DNA of 29,000 bases from Candidatus Heimdallarchaeota archaeon (lineage in GTDB: Archaea > Asgardarchaeota > Wukongarchaeia > Wukongarchaeales > JBHIFL01), in NCBI GenBank assembly GCA_046761065.1, contig JBHIFL010000051.1, forward strand, positions 1 to 29,000. The letters run 5' to 3'. The notes under the pieces are model-generated. The model ran no database searches, was not told the origin of the DNA, and saw only the letters and a program-made list of their open reading frames with translations. The position numbers and the translations under genes are program-made. Shown one piece after another: positions 1 to 9,151 of the stretch. Each line of letters begins with the position of its first letter. Position 1 is the first letter of the stretch.

Positions 1-81
1 TCTTCAGCTGGTTCCGTTGGTTCCTCTTCTTCAGCTGGTTCCGTTGGTTCCTCTTCTTCAGCTGGTTCCGTTGGTTCCTCT
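1..81. repeat. 27-bp perfect tandem repeat, at least 3 copies (encodes EEPTEPAEE)
   Basis: tcttcagctggttccgttggttcctct at 1-27, 28-54, 55-81; may continue past the left edge. Confidence 0.95.
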
Positions 82-170
82 TGGATGTGTTCTTCGGATT
101 CTGTAGGTTGTTCACGTTCAGAATGCTCTTTTTCGCCCTCTTCTCTCTGATCTTGTTTCTCCTGGTTCAT
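1..170 (-). CDS. 5' part of a protein with an acidic, Glu/Pro-rich low-complexity N-terminus (runs off window edge)
   Basis: ATG at 170 (minus strand), GGAGGAGG RBS at 181-188; translates MNQEKQDQREEGEKEHSEREQPTESEEHIQEEPTEPAEEEEPTEPAEEEEPTEPAE with no stop before position 1. Not in ORF track. Confidence 0.75.
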   Translation of the reverse strand, partial: MNQEKQDQREEGEKEHSEREQPTESEEHIQEEPTEPAEEEEPTEPAEEEEPTEPAE

Positions 171-695
171 TATTTAAAAGCCTCCTCCACTATCAAGGTT
201 CCGTTCTTTATTGGCTGTAGCAACTGTGAGATTTATGTTTCTAATTAAGGTAACAGAGATATATCGTTTATGATTTGCATACATAATGTTTTATATAGTC
301 TTTTATTCAGAATAATCACGAACAAAGACCTCCTGCTCTAGGATGAGTGATACTTATTCCATAAATTCGATTTGTCTTTTTAGTCGGCACCATAAATGAA
401 GATAATGTGCTTTCTTAGACTCAATTTATATTATTTTGTAGTGTAGCCATCTCAAAGTGGTTAAAAAATCTTACAGTGGTTTTTTCATTATCAACGCACA
501 GTTAGACGAGATTTTTTCTTACAAATGAATATCGTGATTTATAGGAATTATAAATCATGGGAAATGGATTTTTAGTTAATCTGAAGAAAACAAGATCACC
601 AAATATGTAACTTATCCTAAAATATTTGACTAAACATCGAAAAGTGATTTTGAAAAATACCTTTGCCCATCATAAATACATGGGGGATCGATTTT

Positions 696-1829
696 ATGTT
701 GTTTGTCTCTAAACAGATCTCACTTCTTGCTCTTTTGATAACTATAAGTCTGTTAGGAGCTATTCCTTATAGTGAAACTACTCAAACCGATTCCTATCCA
801 CTAGAATTTGCTGGGTCTAACGCTTTTTCATATTTAGAAGAATATATGGAATTGAGTCCGATCATTCCCGGGTCTCCAGCTAGTCTCCAGTTCCACACCT
901 ATGCGACCCACTATCTTGAGAAGTACTCTTGGGAAGTTGAGCTCCAAATCTGGGAGCATCAAGGTACGAGTCAAATACTACACAATCTAATCGCCAAAAA
1001 ACACGCCTTAAATAGCATCACTAAAGAAATATTGATCCTCGGAGCCCACTATGATACACGACTTTGGGCAGATAAAGATCCTGACTCTTTGAAACGTCAA
1101 TCCCATGTACCTGGAGCTAATGACGGGGGTAGCGGAGTTGTTGTCCTATTGGAACTTTCTCGAGTATTGAATTTCCCACAAGATCTCGAGATATGGCTGG
1201 TTTTCTTTGATGCTGAAGACCAAGGAAATATACCTGGATGGGATGGTGGCATTCAAGGATGGTGTATAGGCAGTACCTACTTTGTCGGGCAATTATCGCC
1301 TCTCGAACAGGAAAAAATCCGTGTTGCAATCATTATCGATTTAGTAGGTGATTTTAATCTCATCTTAAAGAAAGAAGGGTACTCTGATCCGACTTATGTG
1401 CAGGAAATCTGGCAGGCTGCCGCAGAATTGGGCTATTCAGATTGTTTTGTAGATGAAATTGGCAGCAGTATCATTGATGATCATTTTCCATTCCTCCAGG
1501 CGGGCATCTCTGCCGTGGATATTATTCAACAAAGAAGTCGGGATGGGTATTCCTTTTTTCGATGGCATCATACTGTAAATGATACTATTGAGAACGTCTA
1601 TCCGGAAAGCCTTGAAAAAGTAGGGCGGACACTTGAATACTATATTGAAAACAAGTTATATCAAGACTCATCAACTATTATAACCCAAACTGCTTCTGAA
1701 CTCGAAACACAACTTCCTAGTTTCCCGAAAGAGTCATTTACACTTCTCACCCTTTCTGTTCTCATCATTTACATTTTTATTCAAAAAATATTAAAAAAAA
1801 CCATGAATAAGACTAATTCGGTTAAATGA
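696..1829 (+). CDS. Secreted, membrane-anchored M28-family Zn peptidase (glutaminyl-cyclase-like)
   Basis: Motifs GAHYDT, GANDGGSG, FFDAED, DDHFPF, WHHTVND; hydrophobic signal peptide after ATG 696 (ORF track starts at TTG 663); C-terminal Thr/Ser linker, TM helix and basic tail. Confidence 0.88.
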   Translation: MLFVSKQISLLALLITISLLGAIPYSETTQTDSYPLEFAGSNAFSYLEEYMELSPIIPGSPASLQFHTYATHYLEKYSWEVELQIWEHQGTSQILHNLIAKKHALNSITKEILILGAHYDTRLWADKDPDSLKRQSHVPGANDGGSGVVVLLELSRVLNFPQDLEIWLVFFDAEDQGNIPGWDGGIQGWCIGSTYFVGQLSPLEQEKIRVAIIIDLVGDFNLILKKEGYSDPTYVQEIWQAAAELGYSDCFVDEIGSSIIDDHFPFLQAGISAVDIIQQRSRDGYSFFRWHHTVNDTIENVYPESLEKVGRTLEYYIENKLYQDSSTIITQTASELETQLPSFPKESFTLLTLSVLIIYIFIQKILKKTMNKTNSVK

Positions 1830-1914
1830 AAATACGAGAACGCTTTAGAGCGAATTTTATTAAAATAAATTCAATAGTTTCGCATAATAATTCAAAAAGG
1901 AGTTCATCAACGCT

Positions 1915-2829
1915 ATGCAGATAAGAAATCCGGTTAAAGAGCCAAACTCTCAGCCATTCTTTGGGATTGAGCATTGTGACATAAATGAAGCAAATTTAGT
2001 CGTTTTAGGGATATGTTGGGATCGATCTTCATCTTACCGACAAGGTGCAAGTGCTGGTCCTCCTATAATAAGGGGTGCAACGACAGGAAAGCTTTATAAC
2101 AGCTTTACTGAAAATTTAATTAATCTTAAAGAGAAATGGAAAATCTATGATGCAGGTGATATAGTTAGTAAAGTTCGTGAACTGAGTTTTATTACTAAAC
2201 AAATCCAAGAGCTATATACAAGCATTCCACGACGAAAGTATCTCTTTCTGGGCGGAGATCATCTAATAACATACTTTTGCACAAAAGCTCTAACCTCATG
2301 TGACAATGCCCGGTGGGGACTTCTCTATCTTGATGCGCATCCAGATCTTTATGAGAGTTATGAAGGCAATTTGTATTCTCATGCTTGTGTTGTTAGACGT
2401 ATTATTGAGGAAGGACTTATTCCTGCTAAAAATATCCTAGAAGTTGGGATTCGGGCTCCAACCCCAGAACAATTGACATATGCTCAACAAAAGAATTTCA
2501 AAATTATTCCAACTTCGGCTATTATTGATCGAGGTGCTCCAAACATTGCAAAAGAAATTGTAGATTACTTTTCTGATAAAATAGATCAATTATATCTTTC
2601 AATGGATCTGGATGTTCTTGATCCCTCAGTAGCCCCTGGAGTGGGGAATCCGGAAGCGGGTGGGGTTCCTACAAGAGTCATTGTTGATATAATACAAGGA
2701 ATTTCATCCTTGAATATTCATGCATTTGATATCGTGGAACTCTGCCCTCCCTATGACTGTTCAAGTATAACGGCTTTTGCAGCAGCAAAAATCATTCGAG
2801 AAACCCTAGGAGTTCTTATGGACACCTAA
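1915..2829 (+). CDS. speB: Agmatinase (ureohydrolase/arginase family)
   Basis: GGDHLIT, DAHPDL, SHAC, DLDVLDPS-APG, DIVE motifs; AGGAG RBS upstream. Confidence 0.88.
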   Translation: MQIRNPVKEPNSQPFFGIEHCDINEANLVVLGICWDRSSSYRQGASAGPPIIRGATTGKLYNSFTENLINLKEKWKIYDAGDIVSKVRELSFITKQIQELYTSIPRRKYLFLGGDHLITYFCTKALTSCDNARWGLLYLDAHPDLYESYEGNLYSHACVVRRIIEEGLIPAKNILEVGIRAPTPEQLTYAQQKNFKIIPTSAIIDRGAPNIAKEIVDYFSDKIDQLYLSMDLDVLDPSVAPGVGNPEAGGVPTRVIVDIIQGISSLNIHAFDIVELCPPYDCSSITAFAAAKIIRETLGVLMDT

Positions 2830-2956
2830 AAGGAGATTCGGCTACATAATTTAGTTATCACATTCTGCTATTTACTAAATGGGTTATCATTTTTATTATG
2901 TCACGAATCTGATTATTTTAGTAGACAGTTATTCGTGACATACAACTAATGAAAAT

Positions 2957-3676
2957 TTAATTTCCTTGAGAAGATTGGAACCAAAGACCAGAAAAATGCG
3001 TTTCCAAATTATCCGTTGCAAACTTCCCCAACTCTGAGATTGTATACTGTTTCACCTCCCTGGTCCCAACAAGCCGCGGTTCGACCATGATCAATCCTTT
3101 CCGTCTTAGAAAGTCAAGCTTGGCTTCGAGTCGGGGGCGGGATAACCCAAATTGCTTGCGGAGCTCATACCGGGTATGTCCTTCTTGGTCGGAAAGGTAG
3201 GTGAGGATCCGAACGGTGGCAATGTCAAGCACGAGCTGCTCGTTCAAGGTATGGAAGTCGATCCAAGCCGATACCGGGAATCCTCGCGTGACCTCCTGCT
3301 CGATCTTGGTTCGCAGCCATTCGAGGACCTCGCGATTCCCCCGCACTTGGGATTGTAAAATTTGATCTTCAACTAATTTTAGAAGCCGACAAATCCTCTC
3401 CATCAGGGCGAATACCCGTGGTTTAAACTCGACGGCCGCTCCCACCGATCCTTTCGTCACCACGGCGAGGATCATGCTGTCGGTCCGATTCAGAAACACG
3501 CGTAAATTTTGTGCAATTAGTTCACACAGTTCAAGGCCAAGGGCTTCCATCGAAAAGGCATTAAGCGCCGAGAGCAGGCCACTAAAGAGGTCTTGGCTCA
3601 AGCCCGTATCACTGTGGCCAAAACTGAGTATACATTTGCCGCTGCGTTTAAAAAGAATTACTTGCTGTATTCGCAA
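2957..3676 (-). CDS. Longin-like domain fused to C-terminal winged helix-turn-helix (ArsR/MarR-like) regulator
   Basis: N-terminus VILFKRSGKCILS...LFSGLLSALNAFSMEA matches the longin-like N-termini of 4235..5620 and 17669..18829; C-terminus RILTYL..TRYELRKQFGLSRPRLEAKLDFLRRKGLI..YTISELG is a wHTH pattern. Confidence 0.75.
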   Translation of the reverse strand: MRIQQVILFKRSGKCILSFGHSDTGLSQDLFSGLLSALNAFSMEALGLELCELIAQNLRVFLNRTDSMILAVVTKGSVGAAVEFKPRVFALMERICRLLKLVEDQILQSQVRGNREVLEWLRTKIEQEVTRGFPVSAWIDFHTLNEQLVLDIATVRILTYLSDQEGHTRYELRKQFGLSRPRLEAKLDFLRRKGLIMVEPRLVGTREVKQYTISELGKFATDNLETHFSGLWFQSSQGN

Positions 3677-3750
3677 GTTTCTGTCTCCATTAACATTGGA
3701 TTAAGCCATTATTTCCTAATTCTCTTTGGACTATCTAACTCATGGCATTC

Positions 3751-3888
3751 TTCAAGTTCAACAATCCATTTGTGCTGAATAAGCAGGATAAAACAAATTA
3801 CTTAAATCGTTCCAAATTGTGTGTTAGATCTTTTACGAGCAAACAACTTTCTAAAACCGAATAGTTTTTGATATCTATTGTCCTGGAA
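3751..3888 (-). pseudogene. Possible degenerate remnant of the 113-aa protein family (28189..28530)
   Basis: One frame reads FQDNRYQKLFGFRKLFARKRSNTQFGTI*VICFILLIQHKWIVELEE vs LEDDELSFGLSKNVRQLSITQKEIFKVFLLLRNGWIEEIEL. Confidence 0.4.
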
Positions 3889-3919
3889 ATCACATATTCC
3901 GGTTATAAAGAAAATATTG

Positions 3920-4190
3920 TTAATTCTGCCTAGATTTCATGGTATTTATAGGAATATCTAATGAGTTCTAAAGATCTTGTCGAATGGCTAGGATTTCATT
4001 ATTATTGAGACATAACTGGCACAAAACTCGTAGAATGTTCTTAATTGGTTCCGATATATGAATTACTTCGCCCAATTAAGTAGGACAATAAAAAACCATG
4101 AAAAAGCTAGCAATGCTTTAGTTGGAATTGAACTAATGAGCTATCATCTTATTCTAATTGAAATAGAACTCGAAGTGTGGATTTGGATTT
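3920..4190 (-). pseudogene. Pseudogene paralogous to the small protein at 27859..28149
   Basis: 4069->3920 reads EVIHISEPIKNILRVLCQLCLNNNEILAIRQDL*NSLDIPINTMKSRQN* vs EVVHISQPAKHTLRIFCQPSLNNYENRVIRKFLENLLNTPVDIKPNPWQNY; stops correspond to GAG->TAG (3968-3970) and TAT->TAA (3920-3922); frameshifted upstream; 5' boundary approximate. Confidence 0.85.
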
Positions 4191-4234
4191 ATATAAACGC
4201 TTACTTCGCAACCTGAGCTGGCAATCCATTTAAT

Positions 4235-5620
4235 TTACTTTTCAAATTGACTAAACGCCAGTCTGATATCCTCTTTGCTAATCATATTGCGTTTGGCGTG
4301 TCTTGCCAGCTCCATAGCTGATTCACTAATTGTAATCGCAATATCCTCTAGGATGTCTCGCAAGATCTCTGTAGCTCCTAAATTGACACGTTCAGCTCCT
4401 AATGTCTTGATAAGACGATCAATTGGTGCCAAGGGCAATTCTCGTTTTGCTACTAGATCTTGTTGACGGGGTAAAATTTCTGTAAGTCTATCAAAGATCC
4501 ATTGAAATACTTCTTCTAACCCTACTAAAGTAACAGCACTAGTTTCAAATAAACAGAATGGTCGTTTGATATCCCTTAATATCGGTGGTAACGCTTTTTC
4601 AAACATATTTTTACCAGCATAATTGGGGAGATCGTTTTTATTCAGTAAAAGGGCGAGAGGTATCTTTGGAAATTCTTCGAGGATCTTTTTCAATTCCTGT
4701 ATTGCTTCCTCCCAGCGTTGGGAATCCGCTCCATCAATGACAAAGACAAGGATATGGGTTCCTCGTGTGTTTGGGATCCATTGCGTCCGATAAATATCTT
4801 GGCCCGGCATATCCCAGCAAGCAAAGGTCAAATTCCGGAATTTGATGCGTTCCACTGAAAACGTTGTTGTAGGCGTGGTGTGATAGTCTTTTCCTTGAAT
4901 CGTATTTAGTATGGCAGTTTTTCCTGCACGATCTAAGCCCAACATTGATATTTTTGCAGTTTTTCCCCAAAGTTCCATGTATCGGCTTAATTTGTTTAAC
5001 AGTTCTTGGAGTGGTGACTCCGCCACAAGCTGCTCAGCAACTGAAAGCATCCCGTTGATTGTTATGATTACTTGTTTCAAAGCTATTTTTAGTTCAGATG
5101 AACCAAAAGTCTTCAGTAGTTCATCTATAGCTGTTGTAGGACTAAGTTCTTCTCTAGCTACAGCAAGAAACGTTTGGATTGCTTTCTCAAGGTCATATCC
5201 GGGTGAAACTGAGAGGTTACGCGCTTGTTGATTAATTAGTTGATCTAATTTTTTTTGAAATGCTTCCATCATTGATGGTGTTATCAGACGAGGCTGTTTC
5301 GATGCTTGCTTTATAAGATCTTCTGGGAATATCTGGAAGAAAATTTGGATTGTCTGCTTCATGACCTGTGCAATAAGTTCCTCACTCGTAAACTCTGTAG
5401 TTCCTATTACGAAGAGCATATCTTTTTCTTGTGTCATATATAGAGTCAAGTTTGTCATCCGAAGGGCTTCGATGGTGCCTTGTTCAAGTTCTTTCGCAAA
5501 TGCAAAGAGTGCAGATAACATCCCCGTTAGAAGTGTTTCATCTACTTCGATTTTGGGTCCATACGCGCGGCTCGCTATTGGGATCCCTGATTTTGAGAAT
5601 ATCCAAACCTGCGAAATCAA
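4235..5620 (-). CDS. Longin-like domain + helical linker + Arf-like small GTPase + C-terminal archaeal histone fold
   Basis: G1 GLDRAGKT, G3 WDMPGQ, G4 NKND, G5 ETSAV; last ~70 aa (4235..4453) ELPLAPIDRLIKTLGAERV...ELARHAKRNMISKEDIRLA align without gaps to HMf-type histones (ELPIAPIGRIIKDAGAERVS...LARHAGRKTIKAEDIELA). Confidence 0.9.
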   Translation of the reverse strand: MISQVWIFSKSGIPIASRAYGPKIEVDETLLTGMLSALFAFAKELEQGTIEALRMTNLTLYMTQEKDMLFVIGTTEFTSEELIAQVMKQTIQIFFQIFPEDLIKQASKQPRLITPSMMEAFQKKLDQLINQQARNLSVSPGYDLEKAIQTFLAVAREELSPTTAIDELLKTFGSSELKIALKQVIITINGMLSVAEQLVAESPLQELLNKLSRYMELWGKTAKISMLGLDRAGKTAILNTIQGKDYHTTPTTTFSVERIKFRNLTFACWDMPGQDIYRTQWIPNTRGTHILVFVIDGADSQRWEEAIQELKKILEEFPKIPLALLLNKNDLPNYAGKNMFEKALPPILRDIKRPFCLFETSAVTLVGLEEVFQWIFDRLTEILPRQQDLVAKRELPLAPIDRLIKTLGAERVNLGATEILRDILEDIAITISESAMELARHAKRNMISKEDIRLAFSQFEK

Positions 5621-5721
5621 AGTATCATCTCACGCAAAGGCGATAGCCGACCCATTGCTCGTTCCTATCAAGGGAGAATACTTTTCTCCAAATAAACCCT
5701 TTTTTTTACCTGGAATCCTTT

Positions 5722-7119
5722 TTAGAGATCAATTTTCCATGTTGTGAATACACCTTTATCTTCAACTATCCTAGGGGCATCTAAGTGAAAGGTTTTGAGA
5801 ACACCTTCTAAAACTCCATCAAAGAGTGTAGTTATCAACTCTTTAGGGAATCCTTGGATGATCTGATAATCAATCGTTATAAATAGCGACTGACCTCTCT
5901 GAACAACAAGAATTCGTGAAGATAATTTCGGATGTGGTCGCGGGTTCCATTCGCCCATAAGATATTGCATCCATGTTCTTTGGAGAGATGGTCCATAAGC
6001 CGTTCCGATAGTAACTGCACTTTTATGGAGTTTTGATTTCAATCCATTAGTAAAACTTTCAACTCCATCCCGAAATTCTTGAGTCACTTGGTAAAATGCA
6101 GGTAAGATCACTTTTTCAAAATGCTCTAAGAATTCCTCTTCTAATATGCGTCTAAGCATAATATCTGGCAAAGAGAAATAAAATGTCTTGATGAGGGCAA
6201 GATTGCTGCTCGAGTCTTCAATTGTCGTTAAATAAAAAGTTGCAAAGTCAATAAATTCCCTGAAAATTATTAAACACTGCTGAATATTCGAATGCAATTC
6301 CTCTCTTTTTGGGGGATCATATTTATGGAAGAAAATAGCCAATCTTGGGGGACTTTCATTGATTTTTGAAACTATATTCCATACTTCGCTTAAGTAGTCT
6401 TTAGCCGTTTCAAAAGTTTCGGGATCTTGAAGGTCAACGACAAAGATTAGAGCTGACATTTCTTTCCACATTAAATAATACTTGTCTAGGGTTAAGTATT
6501 GCTTTCGATAAGCAACCTGCCCTCCGAAATCCATGATTAATAAGCTCTGATCTATGAACTCTTGAAATTTTTGTGTGATCTCAACATCAATCGTTGGTTT
6601 AATTTTCATCACTCTGTCTTTTGACCAATTTTCAAAAAACACATTTTTGATGGAAGTTTTTCCCGCATTTTCCAACCCTACTAGTCCAATCTTTGGAATA
6701 ACCTTTTGTTTGCCGAATTCTTGAATTGATCCAACTAAAGGATCATGCACAAGTGGAGTAAGAATCGGTTCTAACTTTTTCTGAAATACCTCCTTACTTG
6801 GAAAACCTATCTTTTGATTCTCAGTTAAAATTTGCATAATTTCTTTAGATAATTGCTCAAACAGCCCTTGAATTTCTTCCATATGGATCTTTTCATCAAA
6901 CAATAACTGTAAGGTGAAGTTTTCATATGTTTTCGTATATAACATTAGATTAGAAAATTGGATCTGTTGAATTGGATCTAGAGGTTTAGAAAATGCTCGC
7001 ATGGCTTCCATAAATGCTGATATTAATTGAGGGGTGCCAAATAGTTCCTCAGGTTGTTCAGGCTTGTAAGCAAAAACTTCTCCTTCACCTTCCATTGTTA
7101 TCAAAAATTGTCTCAGCAC
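5722..7119 (-). CDS. Longin-like domain + Rag/Arf-like small GTPase + C-terminal putative V4R/Bet3-like domain
   Basis: G1 GLENAGKTS, PT switch I, DFGGQ, HKYD (Rag-type G4), TTIED; N-terminal LISAFMEAMRAFS longin helix; C-terminal LFDGVLEGVLK pattern (tentative); GTG start. Confidence 0.75.
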   Translation of the reverse strand: MLRQFLITMEGEGEVFAYKPEQPEELFGTPQLISAFMEAMRAFSKPLDPIQQIQFSNLMLYTKTYENFTLQLLFDEKIHMEEIQGLFEQLSKEIMQILTENQKIGFPSKEVFQKKLEPILTPLVHDPLVGSIQEFGKQKVIPKIGLVGLENAGKTSIKNVFFENWSKDRVMKIKPTIDVEITQKFQEFIDQSLLIMDFGGQVAYRKQYLTLDKYYLMWKEMSALIFVVDLQDPETFETAKDYLSEVWNIVSKINESPPRLAIFFHKYDPPKREELHSNIQQCLIIFREFIDFATFYLTTIEDSSSNLALIKTFYFSLPDIMLRRILEEEFLEHFEKVILPAFYQVTQEFRDGVESFTNGLKSKLHKSAVTIGTAYGPSLQRTWMQYLMGEWNPRPHPKLSSRILVVQRGQSLFITIDYQIIQGFPKELITTLFDGVLEGVLKTFHLDAPRIVEDKGVFTTWKIDL

Positions 7120-7258
7120 ATTTTTTCCCCTTTGAATTTTAGTGATTTTGAAAAATATCCATCTTTATTAAGTTGATTGAAGTTTATTTTAAAAAATACT
7201 TTTACGTTGCAAATTCAGTCAAAGCATTCGAAAAAGTCAAAATTGCAAATTCATGACC

Positions 7259-7834
7259 CTAGCCAGGATAATTTCTTTCCAAGAACCCAACAATTAAATC
7301 TCTCAATTCTTGGAAAGCTTGTTGAACCTTCTCTCCTGTTAAAGCGGATGTTTCCACATAGGGAATTGAAAAGCCATTTTTTTCAGTCGTCTCTGAAAGT
7401 TTTTCTGCTAGTTGTTTTCCCATCTTTATTGACAAAGTGTCTTCTCGACTCAGTCGTAGATCTGTCTTGTTCCCAACCAGAACAAGGGGAATTACAGGAT
7501 ATAGCCCATTATACTTCCAAATTTCGGTTGCCCAATTTAGGACATTTTTAAAAGTGGATTGTCGGGTTATGTCGTAGACCACTATCCCTCCAATACATCG
7601 TTTATAATAGGTTTTAATCATTTGAGAGAACTTGGGTTGACCTGCGATATCCCAAATTTGCCATCGAATTGTTTCATTGCCAATTATTGTCTCATGTACG
7701 ACGAAATCTGCCCCAATTGTACTAATGTACTCCTTCTTAAAGCCATAACCCATGTATCGTTTACGTAAACTTGTTTTTCCAACTGCCCCGTCACCTGCAA
7801 GAACTATTTTAAAAAGCCGTACTTCGTGATCCAT
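7259..7834 (-). CDS. Rab-like small GTPase (standalone, no prenylation motif)
   Basis: GDGAVGKT, TIGADF, WDIAGQ, YYKR, VVYDIT, NKTD, ETSAL; AGGAGG RBS at 7841-7846. Confidence 0.92.
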   Translation of the reverse strand: MDHEVRLFKIVLAGDGAVGKTSLRKRYMGYGFKKEYISTIGADFVVHETIIGNETIRWQIWDIAGQPKFSQMIKTYYKRCIGGIVVYDITRQSTFKNVLNWATEIWKYNGLYPVIPLVLVGNKTDLRLSREDTLSIKMGKQLAEKLSETTEKNGFSIPYVETSALTGEKVQQAFQELRDLIVGFLERNYPG

Positions 7835-8179
7835 TATTTTCCTCCTGTTCAGCTATGAAACTGGTCTAGATTGTATGATTGCCATACATGCACCAATATT
7901 ATTTAATTAATCAATAAATAATGTTTTGAATCATAAGAACATATCTTAATGGCATATTAAATGCCACATTCAGCTTGCATAGATGATTCCAGTTCTTCAC
8001 TGTCATTATTCCAGGAGTGTTATATGATTTTATCTTGAGATTTGGATGTTACATCAAGTTGGATCGAGTTCTAGATAAGAGTTCTTCAGGTTTTTAGCAC
8101 AAACTATTAGAAATAGCTTAAATAATATTTCCTCTTTCTTATAAAATAAGAGGGAATTTAATTACATGGAGATTGAGAT

Positions 8180-8947
8180 TTGATAGACCGGATAAAAACA
8201 GGAATTGATGGGCTTGACTCATTGGTCAATGGTGGGATACCTCGAGGTAGCGTGATTAGCATAAAAGGACAACCTGGGAGTGGAAAAAGCATTTTTAGTC
8301 GACAATTTTTGGCCCATGGTTGTCAGAAATTCAATGAGATCAGTCTTTTAGTCATTCTTGAAGAGGATATCAGTGAACTTATTGAGAGTTCTCTAATGTT
8401 TGGGTGGGATTTTGAGCAGCTCGCGGAAAGACAAAAATGCTATTTAGTAGACCTAACTCCTAAGAGAAATGCCTCAGACAACCTCTCGCATAAATTCCTC
8501 TTCCCTAAAGGATACGCGTTCATCCCACATAATGAATATACACCAGCAAATTTCAATGCCATTATTAGTAAACTAATCAAAGATCTTATGCCGGTCCGGA
8601 TGATCATCGACTCGATTACTCCTATTCTGATGATGCATACCGATGTTTTTCATGCAAGAGGATGGATGGCAGAATTAGTGACAATTCTAAAACAAAAAAA
8701 TACAACCACTTTGTTGGTATCTGAAAGGACATACCCTCCTGCTTTTGACATGATCGACTTGTCTATTGCAGATGGTATAATAACTTTGAATACCCATGCG
8801 GTTGGAAATTGGAAAAAACGCTATTTAACCGTCGAAAAAATGCGAAAAACAAAACATACCATGTCGCCTATCGTTTTCCGCATCACAGAAGGAGGGATCA
8901 ATATATTTCCTGATGAACCTGTTTTTACCAACTCTGAAACAGTATGA
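8180..8947 (+). CDS. Single-domain KaiC/RAD55-family (RecA-superfamily) ATPase
   Basis: RIKTGIDGLD, Walker A GQPGSGKS, LEE catalytic pair, Walker B MIIDS, IADGII, EKMR arginine finger. Confidence 0.9.
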   Translation: MIDRIKTGIDGLDSLVNGGIPRGSVISIKGQPGSGKSIFSRQFLAHGCQKFNEISLLVILEEDISELIESSLMFGWDFEQLAERQKCYLVDLTPKRNASDNLSHKFLFPKGYAFIPHNEYTPANFNAIISKLIKDLMPVRMIIDSITPILMMHTDVFHARGWMAELVTILKQKNTTTLLVSERTYPPAFDMIDLSIADGIITLNTHAVGNWKKRYLTVEKMRKTKHTMSPIVFRITEGGINIFPDEPVFTNSETV

Positions 8948-9151
8948 ACGGATCTAAAATCCTTTAATGATAGATTGAAACGTCCATTAAAATACGATGA
9001 ACATTATTTCAATAAAAGAGGTGATGTTTCACGAGGAAACCTTGTTGAACGCTTCACAAAACAAAGATATGTCGTACTTACTACTTACTTGATTATGATA
9101 AGAGTGGTTTTCATATTAAGTAGAAACATACCAATTTGAGGGAAGTAAACC

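Noticed and set aside
1-81. Repeat as a CRISPR array
   Set aside because: Copies are contiguous with no spacers, the unit is a multiple of 3 and it lies in a coding frame
1915-2829. Agmatinase (polyamine synthesis) as part of the histone/GTPase system
   Set aside because: Convergent orientation and a common housekeeping gene; no evidence of linkage
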